Shown: positions 28,475-38,530, counted from the first letter of the stretch. The stretch: DNA of 64,000 bases from Vulcanimicrobiota bacterium (GCA_031082125.1 JAVHLM010000003.1:288842-352841); one strand, 5' to 3'. Numbers and translations: made by a program. The notes: a model not told the origin generated them from the letters alone.

Positions 28475-30088
28475 ATGCGGCCAAAGTTCATCGAACCATT
28501 TAAGAGTAAAGCCCTTCAGCTTTTGCTGCTTATTGCTCTCCTGCTCATCATCAGGTCCTGCTTCTTTGGCGCGCCGCTCTGCAATGATGAAGGTTACTAT
28601 GGTTACATGGCACAGAGGATGCTTGATGGCTCCCTTCCTTACAGGGATGTCCAGGACAATAAGCCTCCTTTTCTCTATTTCATCTATGCAATCTCGCTTT
28701 TCGTCTTTGGAAAGGTTTCCGACATTGGAATCAGGATCACCGCGGCCCTTTTTGCCTGTGGAACTCTCTTTTTTTTATACAATCTCGCGGAATTGCTCTT
28801 TGACCGGAAGAGAGCCTTCATCTCTTCACTTTTCTTTGCGCTTTTATCTGGTGGGGTATCATTCCTGGGGTGGAGCGCCGAGGCCGAGATATTTATGACC
28901 TTTCCGCTCTGTGCTTCTTATTTTTTCTTCTATAAAGGCTTGAAACAGGCATTGCCGCGCTATTTCCTCTTTTCCGGGCTTGCCCTTTCCGCCGCATTCC
29001 TTATTAAAAGCGTCGCGGTTTTCTACGTTCCCATACTGCTGATTTTTCTTTTTTTATCTATGAAGGTGAATAGAGCACTCATGATAAGATCAAGTCTTTC
29101 TTTTTTGGGAGGATTCCTTGCCCTTAACCTCATTACCTTGATATGGCTCGCCTTTACAGGAGTGCTCGATGATTTTATTCAGTGTGTTGTTCTTTATAAT
29201 ATGGTTTACCTGGCTCATGGTGCCTCCATGAGTGATTTTTTTCCTCTCCTTGGGCGGAGATTCATTGATGACGGGCTCCTGCTTGAGTTAGGCCTGCCAC
29301 TTTCTCTGGCTTTCGTGTCGCTTGCCTATCATATGTTATTTGAAAGAGATGAGAGCTTTATTTTCCTGCTCCTTCTCCTTGTGACAGGTATTCTCCAATA
29401 TTTTCAGGGATGGAAGGTTTTTTCTTTTTACCTTTTCCCCGCTCTCCCGGTCCTGTTCATTCTTGCTGCAGATGGGTTGAAGCGATTGTGGAGCATGGGT
29501 GGGCGCATAAGCCGGGTCATATTCATAGTCATGATGGTTCTCCCGGGAAGCCTTGTATTTCAATATGAGTTGAAATATTGCACAGATTTTAATAATCTCT
29601 GCATAAGCCCAAGAAACAGAACCTATTTTCAGATAAAGGAAATTGCGCTCAGCCTCAGGCAGCGCATGGCCATGGAAGACTATGCCTATAACTGGGGCTG
29701 CGAGGGAGAGCTTTACTTTTACATGGGAAGAAAGCTCCCCACGAAGCACGTGGTCATGGACCGGCTGTACTATCTATCCAGGTCGTCATATACCGGCAGG
29801 CCCTCTTTTCTGAAAGGATTTGTCGCGGCTTCCTTGAAGGAATATGGGGAGGATCTCCTGCGCTCTCTTTCCGCCTCTCCTCCATCTTTCATTATTGTCT
29901 CCTCTCCGTCGCCTGATTTTTCCGCAACAGACTACACAAGAGGGATTGCGGAAGATCTGGAAAAGTTTATCAGCGACAGGTATGAATTATCTGGTACAAG
30001 GGAGCGGATCAGGATATATCGTTTAAAAAAGAGCTCTCCCTCCATGAGAAGGTCCGAGTTTCTCTGTCAGTTTAAGGATGCGCCATGA
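28475..30088 (+). CDS. GT-C family glycosyltransferase (ArnT/PMT-like, polyprenyl-phosphate-sugar dependent)
   Basis: About 12 TM helices. N-terminal loop DEGYYGYMAQRMLDGSLPYRDVQDNKPPFLYFIYAISLFVFGK is typical of ArnT/dolichyl-phosphate-mannose transferases. Confidence 0.7.
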   Translation: MRPKFIEPFKSKALQLLLLIALLLIIRSCFFGAPLCNDEGYYGYMAQRMLDGSLPYRDVQDNKPPFLYFIYAISLFVFGKVSDIGIRITAALFACGTLFFLYNLAELLFDRKRAFISSLFFALLSGGVSFLGWSAEAEIFMTFPLCASYFFFYKGLKQALPRYFLFSGLALSAAFLIKSVAVFYVPILLIFLFLSMKVNRALMIRSSLSFLGGFLALNLITLIWLAFTGVLDDFIQCVVLYNMVYLAHGASMSDFFPLLGRRFIDDGLLLELGLPLSLAFVSLAYHMLFERDESFIFLLLLLVTGILQYFQGWKVFSFYLFPALPVLFILAADGLKRLWSMGGRISRVIFIVMMVLPGSLVFQYELKYCTDFNNLCISPRNRTYFQIKEIALSLRQRMAMEDYAYNWGCEGELYFYMGRKLPTKHVVMDRLYYLSRSSYTGRPSFLKGFVAASLKEYGEDLLRSLSASPPSFIIVSSPSPDFSATDYTRGIAEDLEKFISDRYELSGTRERIRIYRLKKSSPSMRRSEFLCQFKDAP

Positions 30089-30807
30089 AATACGACCTTG
30101 TGGTAGTACTGCCAATCTATAATGAAAAAGAACTGGTTTTCCCTGTTTTATCCTCGTGGATATCGGTTCTGGAGAGACTCAGCAGCAATTTTCTCATTCT
30201 TGCAATAAATGACGGGTCAAGCGACGGGACGGAACAAGCTCTCTCAGCTTTTGCTGATAACTCTTCTGTTGAAATAATAAACAAGGCCAACAGCGGCCAC
30301 GGCCCTACAATACTGATGGGGTACAGGAAGGCGATGAAGCTTGCCCCATGGATTTTTCAATGTGACAGCGACGACGAGATGAAAGCTGAGAGTTTTCCAG
30401 AGCTTTGGGAGAATAAAGACCGTTATGATGTTCTTTACGGTGCTCGAATGGGACGCACACAAAGCCTGGCCCGGCGGATAGTCACTTTATGTGCCGGATT
30501 TACAGTCAAAATGCTCTATGGCCACGGCGTCAAGGATGTGAATACCCCGTACCGCCTCATTCGTTCTACCCTGCTCGAAGAAATCATCAATGAGATCCCT
30601 GATGATACCTTTGCCCCCAACGTCATCATAACAGGAGCCCTCCACGACAGGGGAGCCAGATCGCTCTATGTCCCCATACCATATCATCCAAGGGAAAAAA
30701 GAGGAGGCGGAGAGCTTGTGAATTACAGGCTCATCAGGGCTTCTCTTATCTCCTTTATCCAGACCGTTCAATGGAAACAGAAGACCAGGCAGCTCGGCAG
30801 GAAATAA
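30085..30807 (+). CDS. GT2 polyprenyl-phosphate sugar synthase (ArnC/DPM1-like)
   Basis: ATGA start-stop overlap with the upstream GT-C gene. VVVLPIYNEKELVFPVLSSW...LAINDGSSDGT GT2 motifs. About 240 aa, as in ArnC/GtrB-like enzymes. Confidence 0.8.
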   Translation: MKYDLVVVLPIYNEKELVFPVLSSWISVLERLSSNFLILAINDGSSDGTEQALSAFADNSSVEIINKANSGHGPTILMGYRKAMKLAPWIFQCDSDDEMKAESFPELWENKDRYDVLYGARMGRTQSLARRIVTLCAGFTVKMLYGHGVKDVNTPYRLIRSTLLEEIINEIPDDTFAPNVIITGALHDRGARSLYVPIPYHPREKRGGGELVNYRLIRASLISFIQTVQWKQKTRQLGRK

Positions 30808-31083
30808 GAGGAGGAGATTACTACCCTCCATAGAAAACAGAATCCACCCGCTTTGTGGCCATACCGGCAAAGCGGGCCATGTGGCTCAAGGCCCCCGGAC
30901 ACTTCGACTGGACAGAGGTTGACATGGCACGGCTTCTTGCAGACTGAACAATCATGCCGGGCACAGGAGGTGTGCCAGGTCCACCAGGGCGCCGTGACTG
31001 CTTCACTCATCGTGAGCCCTCATACTTGTCCGAAGCCTGGGACATCACTATCGATCCGGTGAGCACCTGGAGGGCCTGAGGAA

Positions 31084-34000
31084 ATGAAGATTCACAAGCA
31101 CTACACTCTTCAGAAATGGGCACTCCTGGCAGTTTTTTTCATCTTGGCCCTCTGTCTTTCCGCCTGGGGCGCTACCCCCGCTCTGGCTCAGGGCGCAGCG
31201 GACCAGGGAGCCGAGAAAAACAAAGCCGGAAAGCTTCTCAGGGAGGCTGATTCTCTTCTCAAAAAGGGGCTTAATAATGAAGCGCTCAGGAAGTACGAAG
31301 AAGCCTATGAATACTGCGTGAAGCATGGTGACAGGGAAAGCTCAGAGGCAGCCATGGCGCTTTACAGCATCGGCTACACCCACTATCACCTCGGTAACTA
31401 TGACAGGGCCCTTGCATACTATAGTGATGCTCTGAACGCATGGAAAAAGCTCTACGGTGAAGAGCACCCTAAAATTGCGGTGTGCTATACCCTCATGGGA
31501 AATGTCTATGACAAAAGGGGAGACTATGACCTGGCGCTCAACGCTCTGGAGGTTGCTCTTTCACTCTTTAAGAAGCATCATCATGAGAACCATCCTGACG
31601 TGGCGCTCACTTATGATTTTCTGGGGAACGTCCACCGCCATAAAGGTGAGTATCATAAGGCAGTTAAGATCTATGAGATGGCCATCGACTTGAAGAAACG
31701 GCTACAAAGCAATAATGATCACGAGATGGGCACTCTCTATAACAACTTAGGCATAGCCTATGATGAGCTGGGAAAGCTTGATGAAGCCCTCGCCAGTTTT
31801 GATACATCAATTTCAATTCACCAGAGGCTTTTCGGAGAAAACCATCCTACCCTGGCAGCAGCTTATGGCAATATAGGCACGATCCACGATAAAAAAGGAG
31901 ATTATCGCAAGGCAGCGGAGTATTATGAAAAAGCTCTGGCTCTTCAGGAACAATCCGGCATAGAAGACAATCCCTTGCTGGCCAAATTATACAGCCAGCT
32001 GGGCTCATCCTATGAAAACATTGATGCGCACGCGAAAGCCCTGGCCTGCCATGAGAAGGCTCTTACAATCCACAGGAGGCTCTGCGGTGAGAACCACCGC
32101 GACGTGGCAGGGTGCTATATCGATCTGGGCTCTTTCTATGAATCCAGAGGTGAGCTTGAACAGGCTCTTGCCTATTATGAAAAGGCCCTCGCAGTGTACC
32201 GGAAAATTTATGAAAAAGATCATCCCGATACCGCGCGGTGTTATATGAAATTAGGGAATCACTATATAAGAAAAAGGGACTTTGACAGAGCGCTTGACTA
32301 TTTATCCCATGCCCTGGCAGTTCACCGGCAGTTTCTGGGTGCAGAGCACCTAAAAATCGCAGAGGACTACAGGAGTATTGGCAACTGTTATAGTGATAAG
32401 GGCGAATATCAGAAGGCTCTGGACTATCTTGAAAAAGCCCTGGCAATTTTGAAGAAGTCACATGGTGAGGATCATCCCGACATAGCAGCGTGTTATAAGG
32501 ATATCGCATGGATATGTTATTCCAGGGGAGACTCTGAAGAAGCCCTCGCTTATTACGGCAAGGCCCTGGCCATTGACGTGAAGTGCTACGGCGAGGATTC
32601 CGTCTTTACTGCGGCAGACTATGCTCACATAGGTTTCTTTTATTCGGATGAAAAACAGTATGAGAAGGCGCTTGCCTCTTTCAATAAGGGAATGCGTGCC
32701 CTTTCAATGAAGAAGGTAAAAAGCGCCGCTCTTGTGAAGCCCGAAGACCTCCCTCCTGATGATCTCACAGTGATCTTGCTCCGAAATAAAGCTTCAGCCT
32801 TGTATGAGCTCTCGCTGCGGGATAACTCCGGCAAAGAGCTGAAGGAGGCGTCATCGCTCCTTCTCCTGGCCATTGATATTCAGGACAAGGTAAAAGGGGA
32901 TATAAAGGAGACCACCTCAAAGAAACGTTTATCCATAAGATATTCCGAAATCTTTCCACTCACGATAGAGGTGCTCCTCAAGCGGCACGAAAGAGAGAAA
33001 GATTCGGCATATGTAAGTGAGGCCTTTCAGACAGCGGAGCGGGGCCTGTCCAGAGCCTTTCTGGAGATGGTGGGGAAGTCCAGGGCGCAGGTTGCGGGGA
33101 ACCTGCCCGCAGAAGTTCTGGAGAGAGAGGCGGCCCTCAGGGGAGAGCAGAAAGCGCTCGACAGCCTCATAGACAAGGAGAACGGGAAGCCCAGGGAAAA
33201 GAGAGATATGGAGACTCTCAGGGGCTTCTATGGGAAGCGTGCGGAAAAAGAGAGGGAGCTGGAAAGCTTTGTGAGGGAGCTTGAAAAAAAGTATCCCAAG
33301 TACGCCCAGATCAAGTACCCGAAAACCTGTACTTTGAGAGAGGTGCAGCAAGAGGTGCTGGGAGGCCGGGAGGCATGCCTTCTCTATTATGTGGGAACGA
33401 ACCGTTCGTTTCTCTTTGTCATCACGAGAAATGTCTGCGCTCTCTTTCCTCTCCCCGGAACCAAAAAGACGGGAGCAATGGTGAGCCGGTTCAATGCCTG
33501 TATGACTGCAGCGCGCAGGAGCGATTCCTGGGTGAAGGAAGCCGAGCTCGCCGCAGTGTCCCACGAGCTCTACACCGCCCTTGTGAAGCCTGCGGAGCCA
33601 ATGATAAAGGGGAAGGACCTCATCGTCGTTCCCAGCGGCGACCTGTATTTCCTCCCTTTCGAGGCCCTTCTCACCGAGGCCGGTAATGAAGAAAAGCCGC
33701 CTCACTATCTTGTGGAAGACCATGCCGTCTCCTATGCTCCCTCCCTTTCCCTCTACAGTCTCATGAAAACCCTGGAGAAGGGCCGTGCCCGGGCGGCGAA
33801 ACCTCTCCTGGCCTTCGGCGATCCCGTGTACCCCGTCGATGATGATCGCTGCAATGCAGGGATTATTGAGAAAGAAACGATGAGAGACGTGGAGCGGTAT
33901 GGCGCAAAAGGCCTTGTTTTCGGGAGGATAGAGGCCACTGGCGACGAGGTGCGCTCCGTTGCAGAGACGCTCGGTATTTCCCCGTCTTCGAGGGACATTC

Positions 34001-34509
34001 ACCTGGGATTCAATGCGTCAGAGGAGAGCCTTCGCAGGTGCAGCCTCAAGGATTATCGCATGATCCACTTTGCCTGCCATGGCATTGCAGGATACGACAT
34101 GGGCATTGAGCCGGCCCTGGTGCTCTCGCTTTCAAGCACTCCCGCCGGGAAGCCTGAATGTGACGGTTTTCTCACCATGTCGGAAATCTTCAGCCTCGCT
34201 CTCAACAGCGATTTGGTGGTGCTCTCGGCATGCCAGACAGGGCGGGGGAAGCTTGAGAAAGGCGAGGGGCTTGAGGGGATCTCCCGGGCATTTCTCTTTG
34301 CAGGGAGCTCTTCCGTGGTGGCCAGCCTCTGGTCAATAGCAGACGAGGAGACCAAGCTCTTCATGGTGGACTTTTACCGGGTCCTGGGGAAAGGAAAGGG
34401 GAGAAGAGAAGCGCTTCGGGAGGCAAAACTCCGCTTCATCGCCGAGAAGGACTCCAGAAAGAGCCTCCCTTACTACTGGGCTCCCTTCATTCTCATAGGG
34501 CTCCCCTGA
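31084..34509 (+). CDS. TPR-repeat protein with C-terminal CHAT protease-like domain
   Basis: Signal-like N-terminus. About 11 kinesin-light-chain-type TPR units (ALAYYEKALAV...). C-terminal CHAT domain with catalytic dyad context IHFACHGIA and LVVLSACQTGRG. Confidence 0.85.
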   Translation: MKIHKHYTLQKWALLAVFFILALCLSAWGATPALAQGAADQGAEKNKAGKLLREADSLLKKGLNNEALRKYEEAYEYCVKHGDRESSEAAMALYSIGYTHYHLGNYDRALAYYSDALNAWKKLYGEEHPKIAVCYTLMGNVYDKRGDYDLALNALEVALSLFKKHHHENHPDVALTYDFLGNVHRHKGEYHKAVKIYEMAIDLKKRLQSNNDHEMGTLYNNLGIAYDELGKLDEALASFDTSISIHQRLFGENHPTLAAAYGNIGTIHDKKGDYRKAAEYYEKALALQEQSGIEDNPLLAKLYSQLGSSYENIDAHAKALACHEKALTIHRRLCGENHRDVAGCYIDLGSFYESRGELEQALAYYEKALAVYRKIYEKDHPDTARCYMKLGNHYIRKRDFDRALDYLSHALAVHRQFLGAEHLKIAEDYRSIGNCYSDKGEYQKALDYLEKALAILKKSHGEDHPDIAACYKDIAWICYSRGDSEEALAYYGKALAIDVKCYGEDSVFTAADYAHIGFFYSDEKQYEKALASFNKGMRALSMKKVKSAALVKPEDLPPDDLTVILLRNKASALYELSLRDNSGKELKEASSLLLLAIDIQDKVKGDIKETTSKKRLSIRYSEIFPLTIEVLLKRHEREKDSAYVSEAFQTAERGLSRAFLEMVGKSRAQVAGNLPAEVLEREAALRGEQKALDSLIDKENGKPREKRDMETLRGFYGKRAEKERELESFVRELEKKYPKYAQIKYPKTCTLREVQQEVLGGREACLLYYVGTNRSFLFVITRNVCALFPLPGTKKTGAMVSRFNACMTAARRSDSWVKEAELAAVSHELYTALVKPAEPMIKGKDLIVVPSGDLYFLPFEALLTEAGNEEKPPHYLVEDHAVSYAPSLSLYSLMKTLEKGRARAAKPLLAFGDPVYPVDDDRCNAGIIEKETMRDVERYGAKGLVFGRIEATGDEVRSVAETLGISPSSRDIHLGFNASEESLRRCSLKDYRMIHFACHGIAGYDMGIEPALVLSLSSTPAGKPECDGFLTMSEIFSLALNSDLVVLSACQTGRGKLEKGEGLEGISRAFLFAGSSSVVASLWSIADEETKLFMVDFYRVLGKGKGRREALREAKLRFIAEKDSRKSLPYYWAPFILIGLP

Positions 34510-34726
34510 AGGGCTCCTCGGTGAGACCACCGATTCATCAAACTGATGGAAAAGTCTAAAATTTGAGAAAAATAGCAAAGCGGGAGGTCAGAGAGAGGAA
34601 AACTCCTCGCTGAAATGGAAGGTGAGAGACAACTGCTCAAAACAGCTCAGGCCGGTAAAGATCAGCAGAAACAGTCAAAATAACTGCACTTCGCGATCCA
34701 GAGGTTTTTATACTCCAGAGCATAAC

Positions 34727-34756
34727 TGACAGCATCATTATACTCGAGAGTATAAT
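34727..34756 (+). promoter_or_regulatory. candidate sigma70-type promoter (TGACAG-18-TATAAT) for typA, overlapped by paired 18-bp palindromic operator-like sites
   Basis: TGACAG at 34727-34732 and TATAAT at 34751-34756 (18-nt spacer), 46 nt upstream of the typA ATG. The perfect palindrome TTATACTCGAGAGTATAA (34738-34755) has a near-copy TTATACTCCAGAGCATAA at 34708-34725. Confidence 0.3.
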
Positions 34757-34801
34757 GTGCGTCAGTATACCCATAGTAGACGCCATACAGGAGAAGCAAC
34801 A

Positions 34802-36610
34802 ATGCCAGCAACACTGCCGATAAGAAATGTAGCCATCATCGCTCACGTAGATCATGGAAAAACGACCCTCGTCGATGCGCTTCTCCGGCAGAGCGGGACC
34901 TTTCTCCTCAATGAAACGGTGCCGGAAAGGGTAATGGACTCCCTCGATCTCGAGCGTGAGCGAGGAATCACCATTGCGGCGAAAAACTGCTGCCTTACAT
35001 GGGAGGGGTACGTGATAAATATCGTTGACACTCCCGGGCATGCCGATTTCGGAGGTGAAGTGGAGAGGATTCTCTCCATGGTCGATGGCGCGCTCCTCCT
35101 TGTAGATGCGGCAGAAGGCCCCCTTCCACAGACCAGGTTCGTCGTAAAAAAGGCTCTGGAAGCGCGGCTTCCCCTGGTGCTGATCATCAACAAAATTGAC
35201 AGGAGAGATGCACGTACCGAGGAAGTGGAGGAGGAGCTTCTCAATCTTCTCCTCGAATGCGGCGCAGAAGCGGAATACCTTTCAAGCCCCGTAATCTATA
35301 CAAACGCGAGGGCTGGCGCTGCCACGAAGACCATGAAAAAAGAGCCTGTAGATATGAGACCGGTCTTCGAGGCAATCCGCGATTACATTCCAAGCCCTAA
35401 GGTCGAATTGGAAAAGCCCCTCAGCATGATCGTGGCGAACCTGGGATACTCCGATTACGTGGGGAGACTGGCCATAGGGAGAATGAAATCAGGCACCGTA
35501 TCGGTAAATGACCAGGTGCTCATTGCCGGTGAGAATAAACAGTATAAGGGCAGGGTGATGCGAATTTACGGATATGAAGGGCTGAAGATGGTCGAGCTTC
35601 CCATTGCAAGGGCCGGTCAGATCGTGGCGCTCGCGGGGTTTGAAACCATCACCATCGGCGACACCGCAACGAGCCCTGACGACCCTCTCATACAGCCCAG
35701 GATCCATGTTGAAGAGCCCACGGTGAGCGTGATCTTCTCTGCCAATACCTCCCCCTTTGCAGGGAGAGAGGGGAAGTACGTCACCGGCAGCAAGCTGAAG
35801 GAACGTCTCTTCAAGGAGGGATGCTGGAATGTCTCATTGAGGATAGAAGAGGGACAGTCGCCCGACCAGTTTGTTGTTGCAGGAAGAGGTGAGCTTCAGC
35901 TCGCCATCCTTATTGAGACAATGAGGAGGGAAGGCTACGAAATGGAGGTGAGCAAGCCGAAAGTCATCGAAAAAACCATTGATGGCGCGGTCTGTGAACC
36001 CTTCGAAAACCTTGTCGTAGATATCCCCGAGGAATATATTGGCGTCACCCGGGAGTTTATGGCCCTGAGAAGGGGAACCCTCGTCTCCATGTCAGGCTTC
36101 GAAACAGGAATGATCCGCCTGGAATTCCACATCCCCTCGAGAGGCCTTATCGGCATCCGCTCAACATTTCTCACCATTACCAGGGGCCTTGGCATCATGC
36201 ATTCCATCTTTGAAGGGTACAGGCCTCTTTCGGGGCCTATCCCTGCGAGGGTAAACGGTGCCCTCGTGGCCTCCGTGGGAGGCGCGGCAACTGGTTATGC
36301 CATTGCCGGCCTGGCGCAGAGAGGGAAGCTTTTTGTCTTTCCCGGCACCGAAGTCTATAGCGGAATGATTGTAGGTGAGCATGCCCGGGAACACGATCTC
36401 GACGTCAATATCACCAAGCAAAAAAAGCTTACCAACATGCGGTCATCAACGTGCGATGAGACGGTAGTGCTCACCCCCCCGCTTATTCATTCCCTGGAAA
36501 CCGCCATTGAATGGATAAATGACAACGAGTCCATGGAGATAACCCCAAAATCCATTCGCCTGCGAAGGCTCTATCCTCTTTACCAGCCCAAGCACCACAA
36601 AGAGCTGTGA
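34802..36610 (+). CDS. typA: translational GTPase TypA/BipA
   Basis: MPATLPIRNVAIIAHVDHGKTTLVDALL (G1), DTPGHADFGGEVER (G3), NKIDR (G4). Length and C-terminal domain fit TypA. Start moved to the ATG at 34802 after AGGAGA. Confidence 0.95.
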   Translation: MPATLPIRNVAIIAHVDHGKTTLVDALLRQSGTFLLNETVPERVMDSLDLERERGITIAAKNCCLTWEGYVINIVDTPGHADFGGEVERILSMVDGALLLVDAAEGPLPQTRFVVKKALEARLPLVLIINKIDRRDARTEEVEEELLNLLLECGAEAEYLSSPVIYTNARAGAATKTMKKEPVDMRPVFEAIRDYIPSPKVELEKPLSMIVANLGYSDYVGRLAIGRMKSGTVSVNDQVLIAGENKQYKGRVMRIYGYEGLKMVELPIARAGQIVALAGFETITIGDTATSPDDPLIQPRIHVEEPTVSVIFSANTSPFAGREGKYVTGSKLKERLFKEGCWNVSLRIEEGQSPDQFVVAGRGELQLAILIETMRREGYEMEVSKPKVIEKTIDGAVCEPFENLVVDIPEEYIGVTREFMALRRGTLVSMSGFETGMIRLEFHIPSRGLIGIRSTFLTITRGLGIMHSIFEGYRPLSGPIPARVNGALVASVGGAATGYAIAGLAQRGKLFVFPGTEVYSGMIVGEHAREHDLDVNITKQKKLTNMRSSTCDETVVLTPPLIHSLETAIEWINDNESMEITPKSIRLRRLYPLYQPKHHKEL

Positions 36611-36942
36611 ATAATTGGCCTGAAGTCTGATCGGCTTACCCTGCTTCCGAGTAGCCGCTTCAGGCTGATAATGATGGTATGAGGGAGGCAAGCGAGCCAT
36701 GCCCTCATTATGGAAGCAGAGTGTGCAGATACCATGGTGTGTTGAAAGGAGTCTTCATTGCGGTGGGCGAATTTCAGTATTTCAATGCGGTATTCGCCAG
36801 GGCCTTGAAAATATGGCTCTCTATAAAGATACCCGCGTCAATATGCGAAGCCACCTGATAATATCTCTCCCTGCGGGAAAGAATGCCGGCCGCATTTCAT
36901 TGAAAAGCCTGTGTGCACAGACAGTGAGAAGGAGGACCCCTC

Positions 36943-38190
36943 ATGGGAACCAATGAAGGGACAGGAGTCTCTTTCAGAGGGAAAGTCTTCCGCACTCCTA
37001 AAAAGAACCCGGGCAGCCCGCGGCTCATGGAGCCCGAGGAAGCCCTGGAGCTCATGAAACCCTTTCTCAGGAAAACAGGGCTCACGCGCTTTGCGCAGAT
37101 CACGGGCCTTCGAAGCGTGGGCATCCCGGCGGTGAACGCCATAAGGCCCATAAGCCATAACTCATCGGTAACCCATGGAAAAGGCCTCACCCTGGCCCAT
37201 GCCCTGGCCTCGGCAGCAGGGGAGTCCATAGAGCGCTATTGCTGGTTCAACTGTACCGTTCCCGCCTTCAGCAGCACCTATAATGATCTGAAAGAGCGGC
37301 GCACCGTGATCCCCATGGAAAGGCTGGCCCTTTCCAGGTTCTCGCTCTTCAGGCCTGACCTTCCTGAACAGTGGATGCTCGGCTGGGACCTCATGCATGA
37401 CGAGGAGGTGCCGGTGCCTTTTTCATCGGTGAGCAGGTCCGGCACCTGTTTCACCACGGAGCTCCGCTCCTTCCAGAGCACGTCAAACGGCCTCGCCTAC
37501 GGCGTGGACTTCCTGGAGGCCCTCTCTCAGGCAATCGAGGAAGTGGTGGAGCGGGACGCCGTCGCCTGCATGGATATGGCCCTCCTGTCAGGCCGGATAC
37601 CGCTCTCGAAAGTCCGCGTGGACCTCTCCACCATACCTTTCGAGACCATCGGGGGACTCATCGGAAAAATTGAAGAAGCGGGGCTCCTCCCTGTCCTGCT
37701 GGACTGCACTACCGATACGGCGATCCCCGTTTATCACTGCATGCTCCTCGATGACAAGAAATGCTACGTCGGATCAGGGGCGAGCCTGAGCCCCGAGACC
37801 GCCATGGCAAGGGCCTTCACCGAAGCGGCCCTCGCCCACGCCGTGCTGTTCAGCGGGGTGAGAGACGTTTATTTCAGGGACGAGAGGCTTGCAGGCTCGC
37901 TCGTCGATTTCAGGAAGCAGATGGCAGAATCCCTCGAAGCCCCGGCGGAAAGGAGCGCACGTGGCCTTTCCGCCGAAAGGACCGGGTCCTTTGAGGGGGA
38001 CATCGCCGTGATGAAGGATAAACTCCGGGGTGCCGGCATCGACCAGCTCATCGTGATAGACCTTCCAGAGCCAGGCCTCCCGGGGAGCGTGGTAAAGGTG
38101 ACGGCCCCCGGCCTCGAGGGATACCACCATACTATTGCCTATCGTCCGGGCTCCAGGGCTCTCAGCCGCATGAGCGGAGAGCGGCCCTGA
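36943..38190 (+). CDS. YcaO-domain protein (TfuA-associated type; ATP-dependent backbone amide activation)
   Basis: AGGAGG RBS. N-terminal LTRFAQITGLRSVGIPAVNAIRP and the canonical YcaO ATP-binding region GKGLTLAHALASAAGESIERY. Later TTDTAIPVYHCML (TD..IPV motif). Confidence 0.85.
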   Translation: MGTNEGTGVSFRGKVFRTPKKNPGSPRLMEPEEALELMKPFLRKTGLTRFAQITGLRSVGIPAVNAIRPISHNSSVTHGKGLTLAHALASAAGESIERYCWFNCTVPAFSSTYNDLKERRTVIPMERLALSRFSLFRPDLPEQWMLGWDLMHDEEVPVPFSSVSRSGTCFTTELRSFQSTSNGLAYGVDFLEALSQAIEEVVERDAVACMDMALLSGRIPLSKVRVDLSTIPFETIGGLIGKIEEAGLLPVLLDCTTDTAIPVYHCMLLDDKKCYVGSGASLSPETAMARAFTEAALAHAVLFSGVRDVYFRDERLAGSLVDFRKQMAESLEAPAERSARGLSAERTGSFEGDIAVMKDKLRGAGIDQLIVIDLPEPGLPGSVVKVTAPGLEGYHHTIAYRPGSRALSRMSGERP

Positions 38191-38242
38191 AAGCCCGGGG
38201 AACTGCGAAAGCGGTAAGAATATAAAAGAAAGGAGGGATGAC

Positions 38243-38530
38243 ATGTCTTTGGAAAAAGCGAAAGATGCGCTGAAGAAGATCATGAATGATCCGGACTTCA
38301 GCAGGAAGATGATCAATGTGAAGAGTGATCAGGAAGCGATAGAGCTCCTCTCTTCCCATGGCTTCAAGTTTACCAAGGAAGAATTCGAAAAGGCGAAGCA
38401 TGAGATGAGACAGGCTGTTATCAGCGACGCTGAGCTCGCAGGCGTGGCTGGAGGAAGCGACAGCTCCAACAAAACAGCTTATCCGGTTGCGAACAGTGTG
38501 ACAGTCGGAGCGGCGGCGGCTGCTTTCTAG
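38243..38530 (+). CDS. Nif11-type RiPP precursor peptide with Gly-Gly leader cleavage motif
   Basis: AGGAGG 7 nt before the ATG. Leader MSLEKAKDALKKIMNDPDFSRKMINVKSDQEAIELLSSHGFKFTKEEFEKAKHEM is a Nif11-family leader. ELAGVAGG is the double-glycine motif. Predicted core is SDSSNKTAYPVANSVTVGAAAAAF (24 aa). Confidence 0.8.
   Translation: MSLEKAKDALKKIMNDPDFSRKMINVKSDQEAIELLSSHGFKFTKEEFEKAKHEMRQAVISDAELAGVAGGSDSSNKTAYPVANSVTVGAAAAAF

Noticed and set aside
32929-34002. 357-aa minus-strand ORF within the TPR-CHAT gene
   Set aside because: It is antisense to a CDS with clear TPR and CHAT motifs. It is a high-GC antisense artefact.
36699-36956. 85-aa plus ORF just upstream of ycaO, looked at as a possible second precursor peptide
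   Set aside because: It has no leader-like (Nif11/NHLP) sequence, no GG motif and no RBS. It overlaps the ycaO RBS region.
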